Shown: piece after piece, positions 1 to 8,470 of the stretch
Layout: every line of letters begins with the position of its first letter
How positions within the stretch are numbered: position 1 is the first letter of the stretch
Origin: a virus
Taxonomy: Duplodnaviria > Caudoviricetes
Strand: one strand, 5' to 3'
DNA length: 59,629 nt
IMG/VR virus record: IMGVR_UViG_3300008255_000012
Span: 1 to 59,629 of that record
Notes under the pieces: model-generated
What the model was told of the DNA's origin: nothing
Databases searched by the model: none
Seen by the model: the letters and a program-made list of their open reading frames with translations, nothing else
Made by a program: the position numbers and the translations under genes

Positions 1-123
1 CTGCTGGTCAATATGGTCCACTTGAGCGTTTACATTGTTAATCGCAGGCATATTGCTGTTTACTGCAATGATATCGTCTATGTTCGAGTTAACAGTGATA
101 ATTGCAGGCACGTTTGCGCCAAC
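1..123. repeat. Terminal overlap identical to 59507-59629 (circular assembly overlap)
   Basis: 123-nt exact match; a reading frame runs through the junction. Confidence 0.95.
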
Positions 124-768
124 GGCGATAACTTCACCTATGTTAGTGCCTACCGCGGACACTGAATTCACATTGGTGGCTACAGTGTTTATGTTGGTTG
201 CATTAGCATTTACGGCGCTAATAGCTGGCATATCGCTACCAACTGCAGCAACTTCGGCAATATTGCCACTCACCGTATTAACGCTGGAAATATTACTGGC
301 AACCGTTTCAACTGAGGCAATACTTCCGCCTACAGTGGACATTGCATTTGATAGGTTGTAATAAGTCGTGACAGTAACTGGTACTCCGTCAGGGCCAGTA
401 AAATCCATTGTGCTTCCCTGCGACGTGTACCAAAGATACATATCATCAAGACTGATTTGCTTTTGGTTTATCGCCGCCGATGCCACCGCCGCTATCTTTG
501 CGCTAATAGTGCTTGATGCCAGCCTAGCCATTGCATACTTGGAATTGCTTACTGACGCTTGCGCAAACGGCCTTTCTACTCTTATGTATTCACCACCAGC
601 GTCAGAGCCTATGAATATGATCTCATATAAAATATTCATATCCAGCGTAAACGCATCACCGACAACTGGACGGTTGCCGGCGGTTGTTAGGTTTGCGTTC
701 TGAAATCTAATAGTGTCAGATCCCATAGTGCAAGAGCACGTTCCTGTTCTGTACCAACTGTATGACAT
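1..768 (-). CDS. Tail fibre, N-terminal part (continues across the origin into 59506..58253; ~673 aa total)
   Basis: ATG at 768 (MSYSWYRTGTCSCT...), open to base 1 and in frame with ...DHIDQQVIHV; 10-aa NIxxVxxVxx repeats; not in ORF track. Confidence 0.85.
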   Translation of the reverse strand, partial: MSYSWYRTGTCSCTMGSDTIRFQNANLTTAGNRPVVGDAFTLDMNILYEIIFIGSDAGGEYIRVERPFAQASVSNSKYAMARLASSTISAKIAAVASAAINQKQISLDDMYLWYTSQGSTMDFTGPDGVPVTVTTYYNLSNAMSTVGGSIASVETVASNISSVNTVSGNIAEVAAVGSDMPAISAVNANATNINTVATNVNSVSAVGTNIGEVIAVGANVPAIITVNSNIDDIIAVNSNMPAINNVNAQVDHIDQQ

Positions 769-780
769 TTCGTGCCGCCT

Positions 781-1419
781 CTATTTTTTATTAGTCGGTG
801 TCATTCCAGCATCAGCTTGAGACTTCGCCCCAAGCAATGCATTGAACATTTGAAAATGAGTTTGAGCCTTGGCCTGCTCGCTATATTCAAAGTCCTTTGA
901 GTGAGCCATGTAAAGCATGTACTCGACGACAGCATTAGTGTAAATATCATCTAGATCCGACACGCCGCTATCATAGTCACCTACGAGGTGACGAGTTGGC
1001 ACAGCAGAATAAATAAGATCAACCGTTACCCCTAATGCTACGCCAGGGTATAAGAAAAATCGCTTAGGTTGCCTCTCGTCATAAATAAAGCTTTCTGGAT
1101 CTTGCTCGCCGGTAGTGCCGTACCATTCTGGATATAAGTCGTTCAACTCATCCCTAGATCTGTATGTGATAGCTGAACCTGATTGATTGCTTCTTATATC
1201 GATAACTCTGAGCCCTTCATCTGGCAGCGTTTGCTTTGTGCCAGCTACACATGGAAATGCAGCTTCAACAATATTCGCATCAGGCCTAAGCAATACAACT
1301 GCCCGCTGAGCATCGTTGAACATTGACATTAAATTTTCTTTGGGCCAACGAGTAAAGCCATCATCCATAAGCTGGCTGTTAACTTTGTCTATGATCGTTT
1401 TAATTAAATCTTTAGCCAT
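781..1419 (-). CDS. Head-tail adaptor/virion protein (DUF6682-like)
   Basis: RWPKENL..NDAQRAVVLLRPDA..GTKQTLP motifs; between capsid and tail fibre genes. Confidence 0.6.
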   Translation of the reverse strand: MAKDLIKTIIDKVNSQLMDDGFTRWPKENLMSMFNDAQRAVVLLRPDANIVEAAFPCVAGTKQTLPDEGLRVIDIRSNQSGSAITYRSRDELNDLYPEWYGTTGEQDPESFIYDERQPKRFFLYPGVALGVTVDLIYSAVPTRHLVGDYDSGVSDLDDIYTNAVVEYMLYMAHSKDFEYSEQAKAQTHFQMFNALLGAKSQADAGMTPTNKK

Positions 1420-1424
1420 GATAG

Positions 1425-1985
1425 TTACACCCAAAATGAAACGATGACGTTGGGGTTCTGGAACTCGCCAAACTGATCTGATTCATCCTCACGCCAAGCA
1501 TTGCGATATCCTTCGACAAACTCACGCTTATGGAGGTTTGAAAGCTCGGCGCTGAACCAAGGGCGGCTTGGATAAATGAATAACTTACTGGCGGCGCCTG
1601 AACATATTGAATCAATATGCTCGCCTAAAATATCAGGAAGCGCGGCTTTATCTGACGGGTAACACCAAAACTTAACTTTGATGTTTTCAGCCTTTTTGAT
1701 GAAAGTGATCTTGGTCCTGCTGTCTTGCAGGTAATCACTTCCTCTCTCAAGCTTGTTGTCACCGGAATAGATGGACAATACGCCCCAAGGCACAAGGCCG
1801 TCGATAGCGCTAACGATTGCCAGTTCTTCGCCAGCTTCTTTGGCTGGTGCATCTACCGATTGCTTTACAATCTTCGACTCTTTACAGAATGTAACGGCAG
1901 AGGAAAGCAATTCATCAACCATGGCCGTTTGAAGTGGCCCTTGAATTAGCTTTCTTAGTTCTGGCAAAAACTCTTTAATGTCCAT
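1425..1985 (-). CDS. Virion/adaptor protein
   Basis: 186-aa ORF in structural operon. Confidence 0.5.
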   Translation of the reverse strand: MDIKEFLPELRKLIQGPLQTAMVDELLSSAVTFCKESKIVKQSVDAPAKEAGEELAIVSAIDGLVPWGVLSIYSGDNKLERGSDYLQDSRTKITFIKKAENIKVKFWCYPSDKAALPDILGEHIDSICSGAASKLFIYPSRPWFSAELSNLHKREFVEGYRNAWREDESDQFGEFQNPNVIVSFWV

Positions 1986-2001
1986 CTATTCACCCCGGCT
2001 A

Positions 2002-2472
2002 TTATTCTGCTGTTGCTTCTCGGTATGCATCACGCACACGCAGACAAAATAACTCTTTTGGCTCGCCATCATTGCGGCGCATGTCCAGATCGTTGCCTTC
2101 GATGAAAGCGTCAAGCGCACCAAACGTCAGCTTACCTAAATCAATTTCAGCGCCATCGACTACGACAACGGTATCAGCAGCGTCTAACTCTTCATTCTTG
2201 AGGCGTTCAGCTTCAGCTTGTTCATCAGCCAATGCCTTTGCCGCAAGCTCTTCAGCAATCTTAGCTTGCTCTAGCGTATCTTCAGTAACTTGCACAAAGC
2301 AGTCAAAGGATAGCAATGATGATGCGACAAGCACAGGCACTTCAGTCGGAGTATTGCGTGTGAATTTGATTTTAGGGTAATAGCCTGAAACTGTATCTTC
2401 TTTGACAGCCTTAGGGCCGATATACATGATTGTTGCGGTAGCTGTGGAGTTAGCTAATAGATTTTTTTCCAT
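2002..2472 (-). CDS. Conserved head-module protein
   Basis: IMYIGPK..KEDTV motif seen after capsid genes in 933W-like phages. Confidence 0.5.
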   Translation of the reverse strand: MEKNLLANSTATATIMYIGPKAVKEDTVSGYYPKIKFTRNTPTEVPVLVASSLLSFDCFVQVTEDTLEQAKIAEELAAKALADEQAEAERLKNEELDAADTVVVVDGAEIDLGKLTFGALDAFIEGNDLDMRRNDGEPKELFCLRVRDAYREATAE

Positions 2473-2538
2473 GGCTTTGATTCTCTATAAAATGCCCGAC
2501 AATAGCCGGGCATTGTGAAGGGTTACTTGGGCGGCTTG

Positions 2539-2940
2539 TTACTTAGTGCCTACAGCCAAGTATTCGATGTAAACCGTTAGGTTTGAACCAGCAGCAATGC
2601 CGCCGCCTTTCACTACTGCCTGAATCTCTACTGAACTGAAGTCAGTATCAACAGGCATAAGATCCTTTGCGGTGATCTTGTTGTTAACATCGAGCGCAGC
2701 GGCCAAAGCGATGCTCGAGCCATCTTCTTTAACTGCGTTAATGTCGATAGTGGTTGAAGCGTTAGCAACTGCTGTTCCCGCCGCAACTCGCTTAATGATT
2801 AAGCCCTGAGGAAGCTTGCCTAAGATGATCACGTCGTTAGCAACTGCTACGCCAGTGAACTTACCAATAGCGGTAGACATGTTGCCATGAGTGCCGCCGT
2901 AAAAGCCTTGGTGGGCTGATTGACCTTGAATAGTAGCCAT
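2539..2940 (-). CDS. Capsid decoration/minor capsid protein
   Basis: 133-aa beta-rich ORF directly after MCP, flanked by hairpins at ~2492-2514 and ~2969-2990. Confidence 0.55.
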   Translation of the reverse strand: MATIQGQSAHQGFYGGTHGNMSTAIGKFTGVAVANDVIILGKLPQGLIIKRVAAGTAVANASTTIDINAVKEDGSSIALAAALDVNNKITAKDLMPVDTDFSSVEIQAVVKGGGIAAGSNLTVYIEYLAVGTK

Positions 2941-3003
2941 GTGATTGGTTCCCGTAAAAGTTAAGATATAAGGGGCAATCTAGCCCCTTAACCTAATTGT
3001 GGA

Positions 3004-4200
3004 TTATAAACCTTTGACCGCCGAGTCAACGACGATAACGCCATTGTCACGAACATAGCCATCAGAACATTCAAAGCGGATCTTCTTCATACCTTCATAC
3101 CAAGAGATCGATGCTTCCTTGCCGTTGCCGTGGTCAACTTCACCTTCCCAATAACGGAACGGAGTTGTGTTGCCCGACGTGCCGTAACAGTCAGCCAGTG
3201 CCTGAGCACCAAGAACAATAGCACGCTCGATGTTTGTGCCTGCAACTTTTACAGCGGTAGCGGCATTCTTCGAATTGGTAGAAATGTTCGCAGTGTTACC
3301 AGTTAAGAAGCGCACAGGGCGGTTGTACTTACGGACCAGAATGTTATCGACCATGATCACGTCGCCTTTGAATAGCGGGTGATTAAAGCCAGCACTACGG
3401 GCAACAGCTTGGGCTACCATTTGGTTGTAGTCTTTAGTTGTTGCACTTTCCTGCATATCTGCCCATTGACGTGGGGTGATATACATAACGTGGAACGGGC
3501 TTTCACCTGCCATTTCATCAGCACCATACATTACTGGCTGAAGTGGGTTGCTTGACTCATCCAGGTACAAGCGAATGTTTTTGATTGCGCCGATAGTCAT
3601 CAAGTCGGCAGAATCAAGGTTTTCAAAGCTGGTGGCATCGCCTGCATAGAAATGACGATCATACGTCGGTGCGGTGACAGGGTTAATCATTTGCGCAGCA
3701 AAGCGAGAGTTGCTTGCTAATGGGATCTTAGTCTTGGCATCCAACAGATAACCACGATCACCAGCAAGGTGATAGATCATCTTCTCATCCATGAGATCGC
3801 GGTAGTAGTTACCAAGCAACACCTTTGCAACTGCAGCAAGGTTTTTGCTTGTACGCTTCTGCGACATACGTCCGCCGATGTTTACCGGTTTACGCACTTG
3901 GTTAATGACAGCTTCAAACTCTGTCTTGTTTAAATCTTCGCCGCGACCTTCGATTTTTTCATCACCGATGAACACGCCTTCATTCAACTCATGGAACACA
4001 TCCATGGAAACGGTATCGCCCGCTTTAGAGTTCAAGTCAGTTACTCGAACAATAGGCGCACCGCGCTCTGTTTGGTTTGCATTAGACTTGGCCGCAGTTG
4101 GAGCAGCGCCGGTCAACATGTTTTTAAAGGAATGTTTGCGGCACGTCTCCATAAAGAGCGCGGCACTAAAGACCTTTTCATTGCCTGGTTTCATAGCCAT
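3004..4200 (-). CDS. Major capsid protein, N4-gp56 family
   Basis: APIVRVTDL..AGDTV, GGRMSQKRT, RAIVLGAQAL, DHGN, DNGVIVVD motifs. Confidence 0.9.
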   Translation of the reverse strand: MAMKPGNEKVFSAALFMETCRKHSFKNMLTGAAPTAAKSNANQTERGAPIVRVTDLNSKAGDTVSMDVFHELNEGVFIGDEKIEGRGEDLNKTEFEAVINQVRKPVNIGGRMSQKRTSKNLAAVAKVLLGNYYRDLMDEKMIYHLAGDRGYLLDAKTKIPLASNSRFAAQMINPVTAPTYDRHFYAGDATSFENLDSADLMTIGAIKNIRLYLDESSNPLQPVMYGADEMAGESPFHVMYITPRQWADMQESATTKDYNQMVAQAVARSAGFNHPLFKGDVIMVDNILVRKYNRPVRFLTGNTANISTNSKNAATAVKVAGTNIERAIVLGAQALADCYGTSGNTTPFRYWEGEVDHGNGKEASISWYEGMKKIRFECSDGYVRDNGVIVVDSAVKGL

Positions 4201-4205
4201 AGTAA

Positions 4206-5300
4206 TTAATCCATTTCATCAAATAAGGCTTCTAACTCAGAAGGAGATAGCTCAGCCATAATATTAAGTAAGTCCTGACCGTTTGCCGCTCTTGCCCTGT
4301 CGATGGCCTTAGGCTTGCTTGTTTCTGCAATGCCTACCTCGCTGGGGCTTGCTGGTGTCGCCGCAGCACGGACAGCGTTTAGCTTTTCTTCAGCGATCAA
4401 CTTTGTCTTAGACTCCGCATCTGCAGTTGCGGCTTTATCTGTTTCAGTGGCTGTTGTGGTATCCGTACCAAATACCCGCATCGTGCGGGCCATCGCTTCG
4501 TCAAGCTGTGCCGAAAGTGGTTTATCTTTAAAATCGGGAGAAACTTTGATTTTATTGTAAAAGTGATCAAGCGTGTCAAACTCGTCTGAACCTTCCTTAG
4601 CCATGATTTCTTGAAGCTTTGGATTACTGTCGTAATAAGCCTTGAACTCTTGGTTAGGTTGTTTCGCTTCAGGTTCGCTCGCTGGCTTTTCCTTTGCCGG
4701 CGTTTTGATAGCGTTCTGCTTAGAAGCTAGATAAGCAACTGCTTTGCCTAGGTCGCCATAATCATTGCTGATCGCTGCTAGCAACTCGGGCGTTAACTGC
4801 ATATCTTCCGGCAACTGACTAGGGTCAATGCCAGCCTCTTGAAGCTGCTTAGATAATAACTCAGCTTGTCGAGTGTTCTTATCTAGCTTAGTTTGCGCTT
4901 CCTCACGGAGTCGGCGCTCTTCTGCTAGTTGCTCTTGTAGCTCAACGGTTCGTTTACGAGTGGTTTCAAGGACCTCATAAGGGATCTCATGCTTACCATC
5001 CTTTGACAAAAGCTTTGGCTTAACGCCATCAGCTTCAATTGCAGCTAGTTGGTCGGCTGACGGGGCCTGTTCAGTGTTAGCGTCTTTGTTTGCAATGTCG
5101 TCGGCGGCTTCTTTGCCATCTTCAGCGCCATCATTGGAGCCATCTTCATTGCCATCATCACCGCTTAGTGCTGATACGTCATCTTCACCTTCACCAGAAT
5201 CGTCATCATCTTCATCTTCGAACTGATCAATAAATGATTCGATAGATGCCATGTCGCCATTCAGGATCGCTTGCTGTAACTCTTCATCAGTTTTAGCCAT
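4206..5300 (-). CDS. Capsid scaffolding protein
   Basis: Acidic N-terminus, LSKDGKHEIPYEVLE motif, coiled coil, directly upstream of MCP. Confidence 0.75.
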   Translation of the reverse strand: MAKTDEELQQAILNGDMASIESFIDQFEDEDDDDSGEGEDDVSALSGDDGNEDGSNDGAEDGKEAADDIANKDANTEQAPSADQLAAIEADGVKPKLLSKDGKHEIPYEVLETTRKRTVELQEQLAEERRLREEAQTKLDKNTRQAELLSKQLQEAGIDPSQLPEDMQLTPELLAAISNDYGDLGKAVAYLASKQNAIKTPAKEKPASEPEAKQPNQEFKAYYDSNPKLQEIMAKEGSDEFDTLDHFYNKIKVSPDFKDKPLSAQLDEAMARTMRVFGTDTTTATETDKAATADAESKTKLIAEEKLNAVRAAATPASPSEVGIAETSKPKAIDRARAANGQDLLNIMAELSPSELEALFDEMD

Positions 5301-5394
5301 TTAAAATCTTCTCCTAGATACCATTTATCGCTATGGCTGCGAATTGTGCAATACACACAGAAAAGAAGCCTAAGCCTCTTTGCTGTTGATACTG

Positions 5395-5604
5395 CTAGTT
5401 TACGCACTTACAGGCGCAACGTCCTTTAATCTTTTGGAACTCTTTACCAATCGATTCACACGACATAAGCGAGGCGTGATCTTCGGAGGTTACACCATCA
5501 TACTCGAATACTTTGCCGCTGTTAAATTCAATGTGCAATTTATTGGCTTCAGGATCATGCCCAACTGATTTGATATTGCTAGATTTTACTGGTGTTCTTT
5601 GCAT
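5395..5604 (-). CDS. KTSC domain protein
   Basis: VKSSNIKSVGHD...LHIEFNSG..FEYDGV...SIGK. Confidence 0.85.
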   Translation of the reverse strand: MQRTPVKSSNIKSVGHDPEANKLHIEFNSGKVFEYDGVTSEDHASLMSCESIGKEFQKIKGRCACKCVN

Positions 5605-5780
5605 TACTTGCCTCGTTTAATAGTTGATAGGTTTATGGCAGTAGCCTGCTTTCTTGCCTTATTTAGAGAATCCCACCCGCCGCCATCGACGGGTGAACCA
5701 TCTTTGTACTTGGCTACTTCGCCGCTATCTCGCTCAACAACTCTAGCCTTTCCGCTTACAAACTTAGCTATTAGTGGCAT
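5604..5780 (-). CDS. Hypothetical 58-aa protein (MPLIAKFVSGK...)
   Basis: AGGA SD, TAATG coupling to KTSC gene; below ORF-track cutoff. Confidence 0.65.
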   Translation of the reverse strand: MPLIAKFVSGKARVVERDSGEVAKYKDGSPVDGGGWDSLNKARKQATAINLSTIKRGK

Positions 5781-6318
5781 GATTTTCCTGCATTATTTTA
5801 GCTAGCTCAACCAACACGCCATAAAGCTGAATCATTATCGCAAGCTGTTGTTTCATCAATGATTTCTGTTCAATATCAAGCCCACTATAAATTGGACTAT
5901 TTCTAATAAAGTCATCTAACTTGCTAATGTTTAAGTCCAAGGAGTTGGCTTCCGCAATAACACGCTCTAGCGGCGTAGTAACGGCATTCACCTTAGCTAT
6001 CTCACATGCCAATCGATAACCTTCTAATTCCCACAGCTTGTTTTTTGCAGCGGCGGCAGCTTTCTCGATACCATACTTAGCGCCTTTCTCGGCGTTAAAG
6101 TTGCGCGGATCAACACAAGCCATGATCTCAGTGCATAACGTGAAGTTAGTCGCACCAATTGGAATGTAGCCAGTGATAACCGTAGTTGTTGTTTTTGGTA
6201 CAACATGCACATCATAGTTAACACGCTTCATAATCTCTTCAATGCTTGATGCTTCAACCTTTGGATAGATTGAGCCGCTGGCTTCGAAGTCTTTTTGCAT
6301 TTCTTGATCGCTAGTCAT
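5764..6318 (-). CDS. N4 gp49/Sf6 gp66-family domain fused to a crAss001_48-like helical domain; candidate anti-defence sponge
   Basis: ACVDPRNFNAEKG..A..KLWELEGYRL then LERVIAE..L...ISKLDDFI...QKSLMKQQLAIM. Confidence 0.7.
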   Translation of the reverse strand: MTSDQEMQKDFEASGSIYPKVEASSIEEIMKRVNYDVHVVPKTTTTVITGYIPIGATNFTLCTEIMACVDPRNFNAEKGAKYGIEKAAAAAKNKLWELEGYRLACEIAKVNAVTTPLERVIAEANSLDLNISKLDDFIRNSPIYSGLDIEQKSLMKQQLAIMIQLYGVLVELAKIMQENHATNS

Positions 6319-6361
6319 TTAAAATCTCTCTGTTGTTAAATGTTGGTTGTTCTGTTCTACA

Positions 6362-6390
6362 ATAATAGCCTAATCACATTACATTCTAAA
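6362..6390 (-). promoter_or_regulatory. Sigma70-like promoter for the gp49/KTSC island
   Basis: TTTAGA-N17-TATTAT. Confidence 0.55.
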
Positions 6391-8470
6391 TGGCTATTTG
6401 ATCAAACGCCTGAGTCATGCGCTCAATAGTGCCAACGTTCCTAAGCAGCACCTGTTCGTCCATGTTTTGCACTTCGGTAACTATCTTAGCCGTTTCAGCC
6501 TGCAGCTTAGCGTCCTTGGCATCTGCTGACTGAATTTCTCTAGCCTTGGCCTGTGCTGCTGCCTGCTTAGATTGGGCGTCAGCTTCTTCTTTCATAACCT
6601 CTGCCACCAGCTTACGCATCATTAATTGCTGCTGCTCTGACTGAGCCTGTGCCTCTGCTTGTGCTTGCTGCTGTTCTTCAGGCGTCATCTTATCGAAGTC
6701 TTTCTTGACGCCCATGGCTGAGCGAACACGACCTAAGAACTCATGCTTATTAGGGATATCCATTAACTGCAATACCATATCAATGGTCGCCATCTGTACT
6801 TCAGGCGGCAAGCTTCCGGCAATAAGCGTTAGTTGTTGTGCCATCTGCGCTTTGTACGTTGGCGTTTGTTGAATTGGTGCCAATGCTACTTGGGCGCGTA
6901 TCTTACTAACGTCATTGTTTAGCTTGCCAGCTTCATTAGTTTCATTGAGTACGATTGCCTTACGCTTGGTTGGGTCATCCTTCTTGATGGTGACCTTAAC
7001 GTTTTTGCGCTTCTTCAGGTCCTCGAACATATGCAGCATTAAAAGCCTGTTCAACTGCAGTCGTCCAAAGCGATAGTTATCGTTAATTTCTGATAACGTC
7101 GTGCTTCCTTGCTCGATTAGATTGTTGATAGCAACACCAGACTGACCAGCTTGCCCTTGGCCAAGCATTGCATTGTAAACACCGCCGCACTGCTGGATCA
7201 TTTCCTGCGAGTCTTTGGCTAGTTGGAATTGCTGCCCTGCTATACCTGTATCAGTATTAACTTGGAATACTTCCGCGATACTGGTTTTGTTGCGGCGATC
7301 AGGGTTTAACTCAACTATGCCATTGGACTTGTGTACTTCTTGCTGAACTTGATCCCGCGTCATGTTGGTTGCGTCTTTGTCCATGACAATGGATTTGTAA
7401 TTTAGCTGTGCTGTCAGCTTGATGTAACGGAAGTTAACGGCGTCTTGCGGGGTGATCATGTCGGAGATCATGCCATATGGCATGTTATTCGAATCTTTGC
7501 GGTATCCCCAAAACGGCACAAGCGGGAACTGGCCTTGAGGCGCATCACAAAGTTTATCGCGACACTTAACACTGCCAATGAACCACGCTTCACGAATGTA
7601 GCGCACTGGCGCCCGACTAAGCTCAACACGATTAGCGGCCACCAGCATATTGTGCATTTTATTGTTGTGGTCGTACTCTTCGATTCGTCCAGTTTCAAAC
7701 GTCATCAAGTCTTTCATTTCAATGACAGCATAATAAACGGTTTGCATCAGGATACGCTTACGGTCCTGCTGTAGCCATTCACTTTGCTTTCTGCCGAAGT
7801 TTTCGTAATCAGCCCATGCCGCCTTGTAATTTGAGTCGATGCCTTCAATGGTTTCTATGTTTGCATCACCGATATGCGTGGCCCAATCATTATAGATACT
7901 TCTATCGATCAACTCTTTCTTGTCGGGCACAAGCGCTTTCGCTTCGTCTACATCTAACCACTTTCGGCGCAGAATCCAACGACAGTCGCTTAAGTCTCGC
8001 TGTTTAGAGTTAAAATCATAGAAAACTTCGTCACGGTGAACATATTGGATCTTGTATGGGTTTTGCATTGGGTACGGGTTTCGATAAATCTCGACCCACC
8101 CGAGCCCCGCTTTAATCAGTGCGGCGTAGGCATCTGACTCGGCAATATCCGCATCACAAAGGCGACGAGTATCCTTGAAGGTTTCATTAACACCTTCAAG
8201 CAGTTCCTCAAGCTCATCATCCTGGTTGTCTGCTGAGATCATCATGTCTGTTCTAGTGCGAGCTTCAAGCCCGAGAACGCCATTGATGGTTGGCTTGATC
8301 AGGTTATAAACAAGTTCAGGCTGATTGGCTTTCTTTAGCGCCTCTTTTACTTCTGGCGCTAGTTGCTCGCCGTCGTAATATGCGCAGGCTTTGTTAGCCG
8401 GGGTGCGCCAATCTGGTTGGGCTTGTATATCACCCATCAATTGCCCAAGCTGTTTAGTATTGAGGATCAT
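6386..8470 (-). CDS. Portal protein
   Basis: ACAYYDGEQL, NLIKPTINGVLGLEA, FPLVPFWGYRKD..PYG, SGVAINNLIEQG motifs; TAATG-coupled to terL. Confidence 0.9.
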   Translation of the reverse strand: MILNTKQLGQLMGDIQAQPDWRTPANKACAYYDGEQLAPEVKEALKKANQPELVYNLIKPTINGVLGLEARTRTDMMISADNQDDELEELLEGVNETFKDTRRLCDADIAESDAYAALIKAGLGWVEIYRNPYPMQNPYKIQYVHRDEVFYDFNSKQRDLSDCRWILRRKWLDVDEAKALVPDKKELIDRSIYNDWATHIGDANIETIEGIDSNYKAAWADYENFGRKQSEWLQQDRKRILMQTVYYAVIEMKDLMTFETGRIEEYDHNNKMHNMLVAANRVELSRAPVRYIREAWFIGSVKCRDKLCDAPQGQFPLVPFWGYRKDSNNMPYGMISDMITPQDAVNFRYIKLTAQLNYKSIVMDKDATNMTRDQVQQEVHKSNGIVELNPDRRNKTSIAEVFQVNTDTGIAGQQFQLAKDSQEMIQQCGGVYNAMLGQGQAGQSGVAINNLIEQGSTTLSEINDNYRFGRLQLNRLLMLHMFEDLKKRKNVKVTIKKDDPTKRKAIVLNETNEAGKLNNDVSKIRAQVALAPIQQTPTYKAQMAQQLTLIAGSLPPEVQMATIDMVLQLMDIPNKHEFLGRVRSAMGVKKDFDKMTPEEQQQAQAEAQAQSEQQQLMMRKLVAEVMKEEADAQSKQAAAQAKAREIQSADAKDAKLQAETAKIVTEVQNMDEQVLLRNVGTIERMTQAFDQIAI

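Noticed and set aside
35-703. Plus-strand ORFs 35..361 and 368..703 (and similar antisense ORFs such as 45245..45910, 46976..47686, 58440..58919)
   Set aside because: Shadow frames opposite well-supported minus-strand genes
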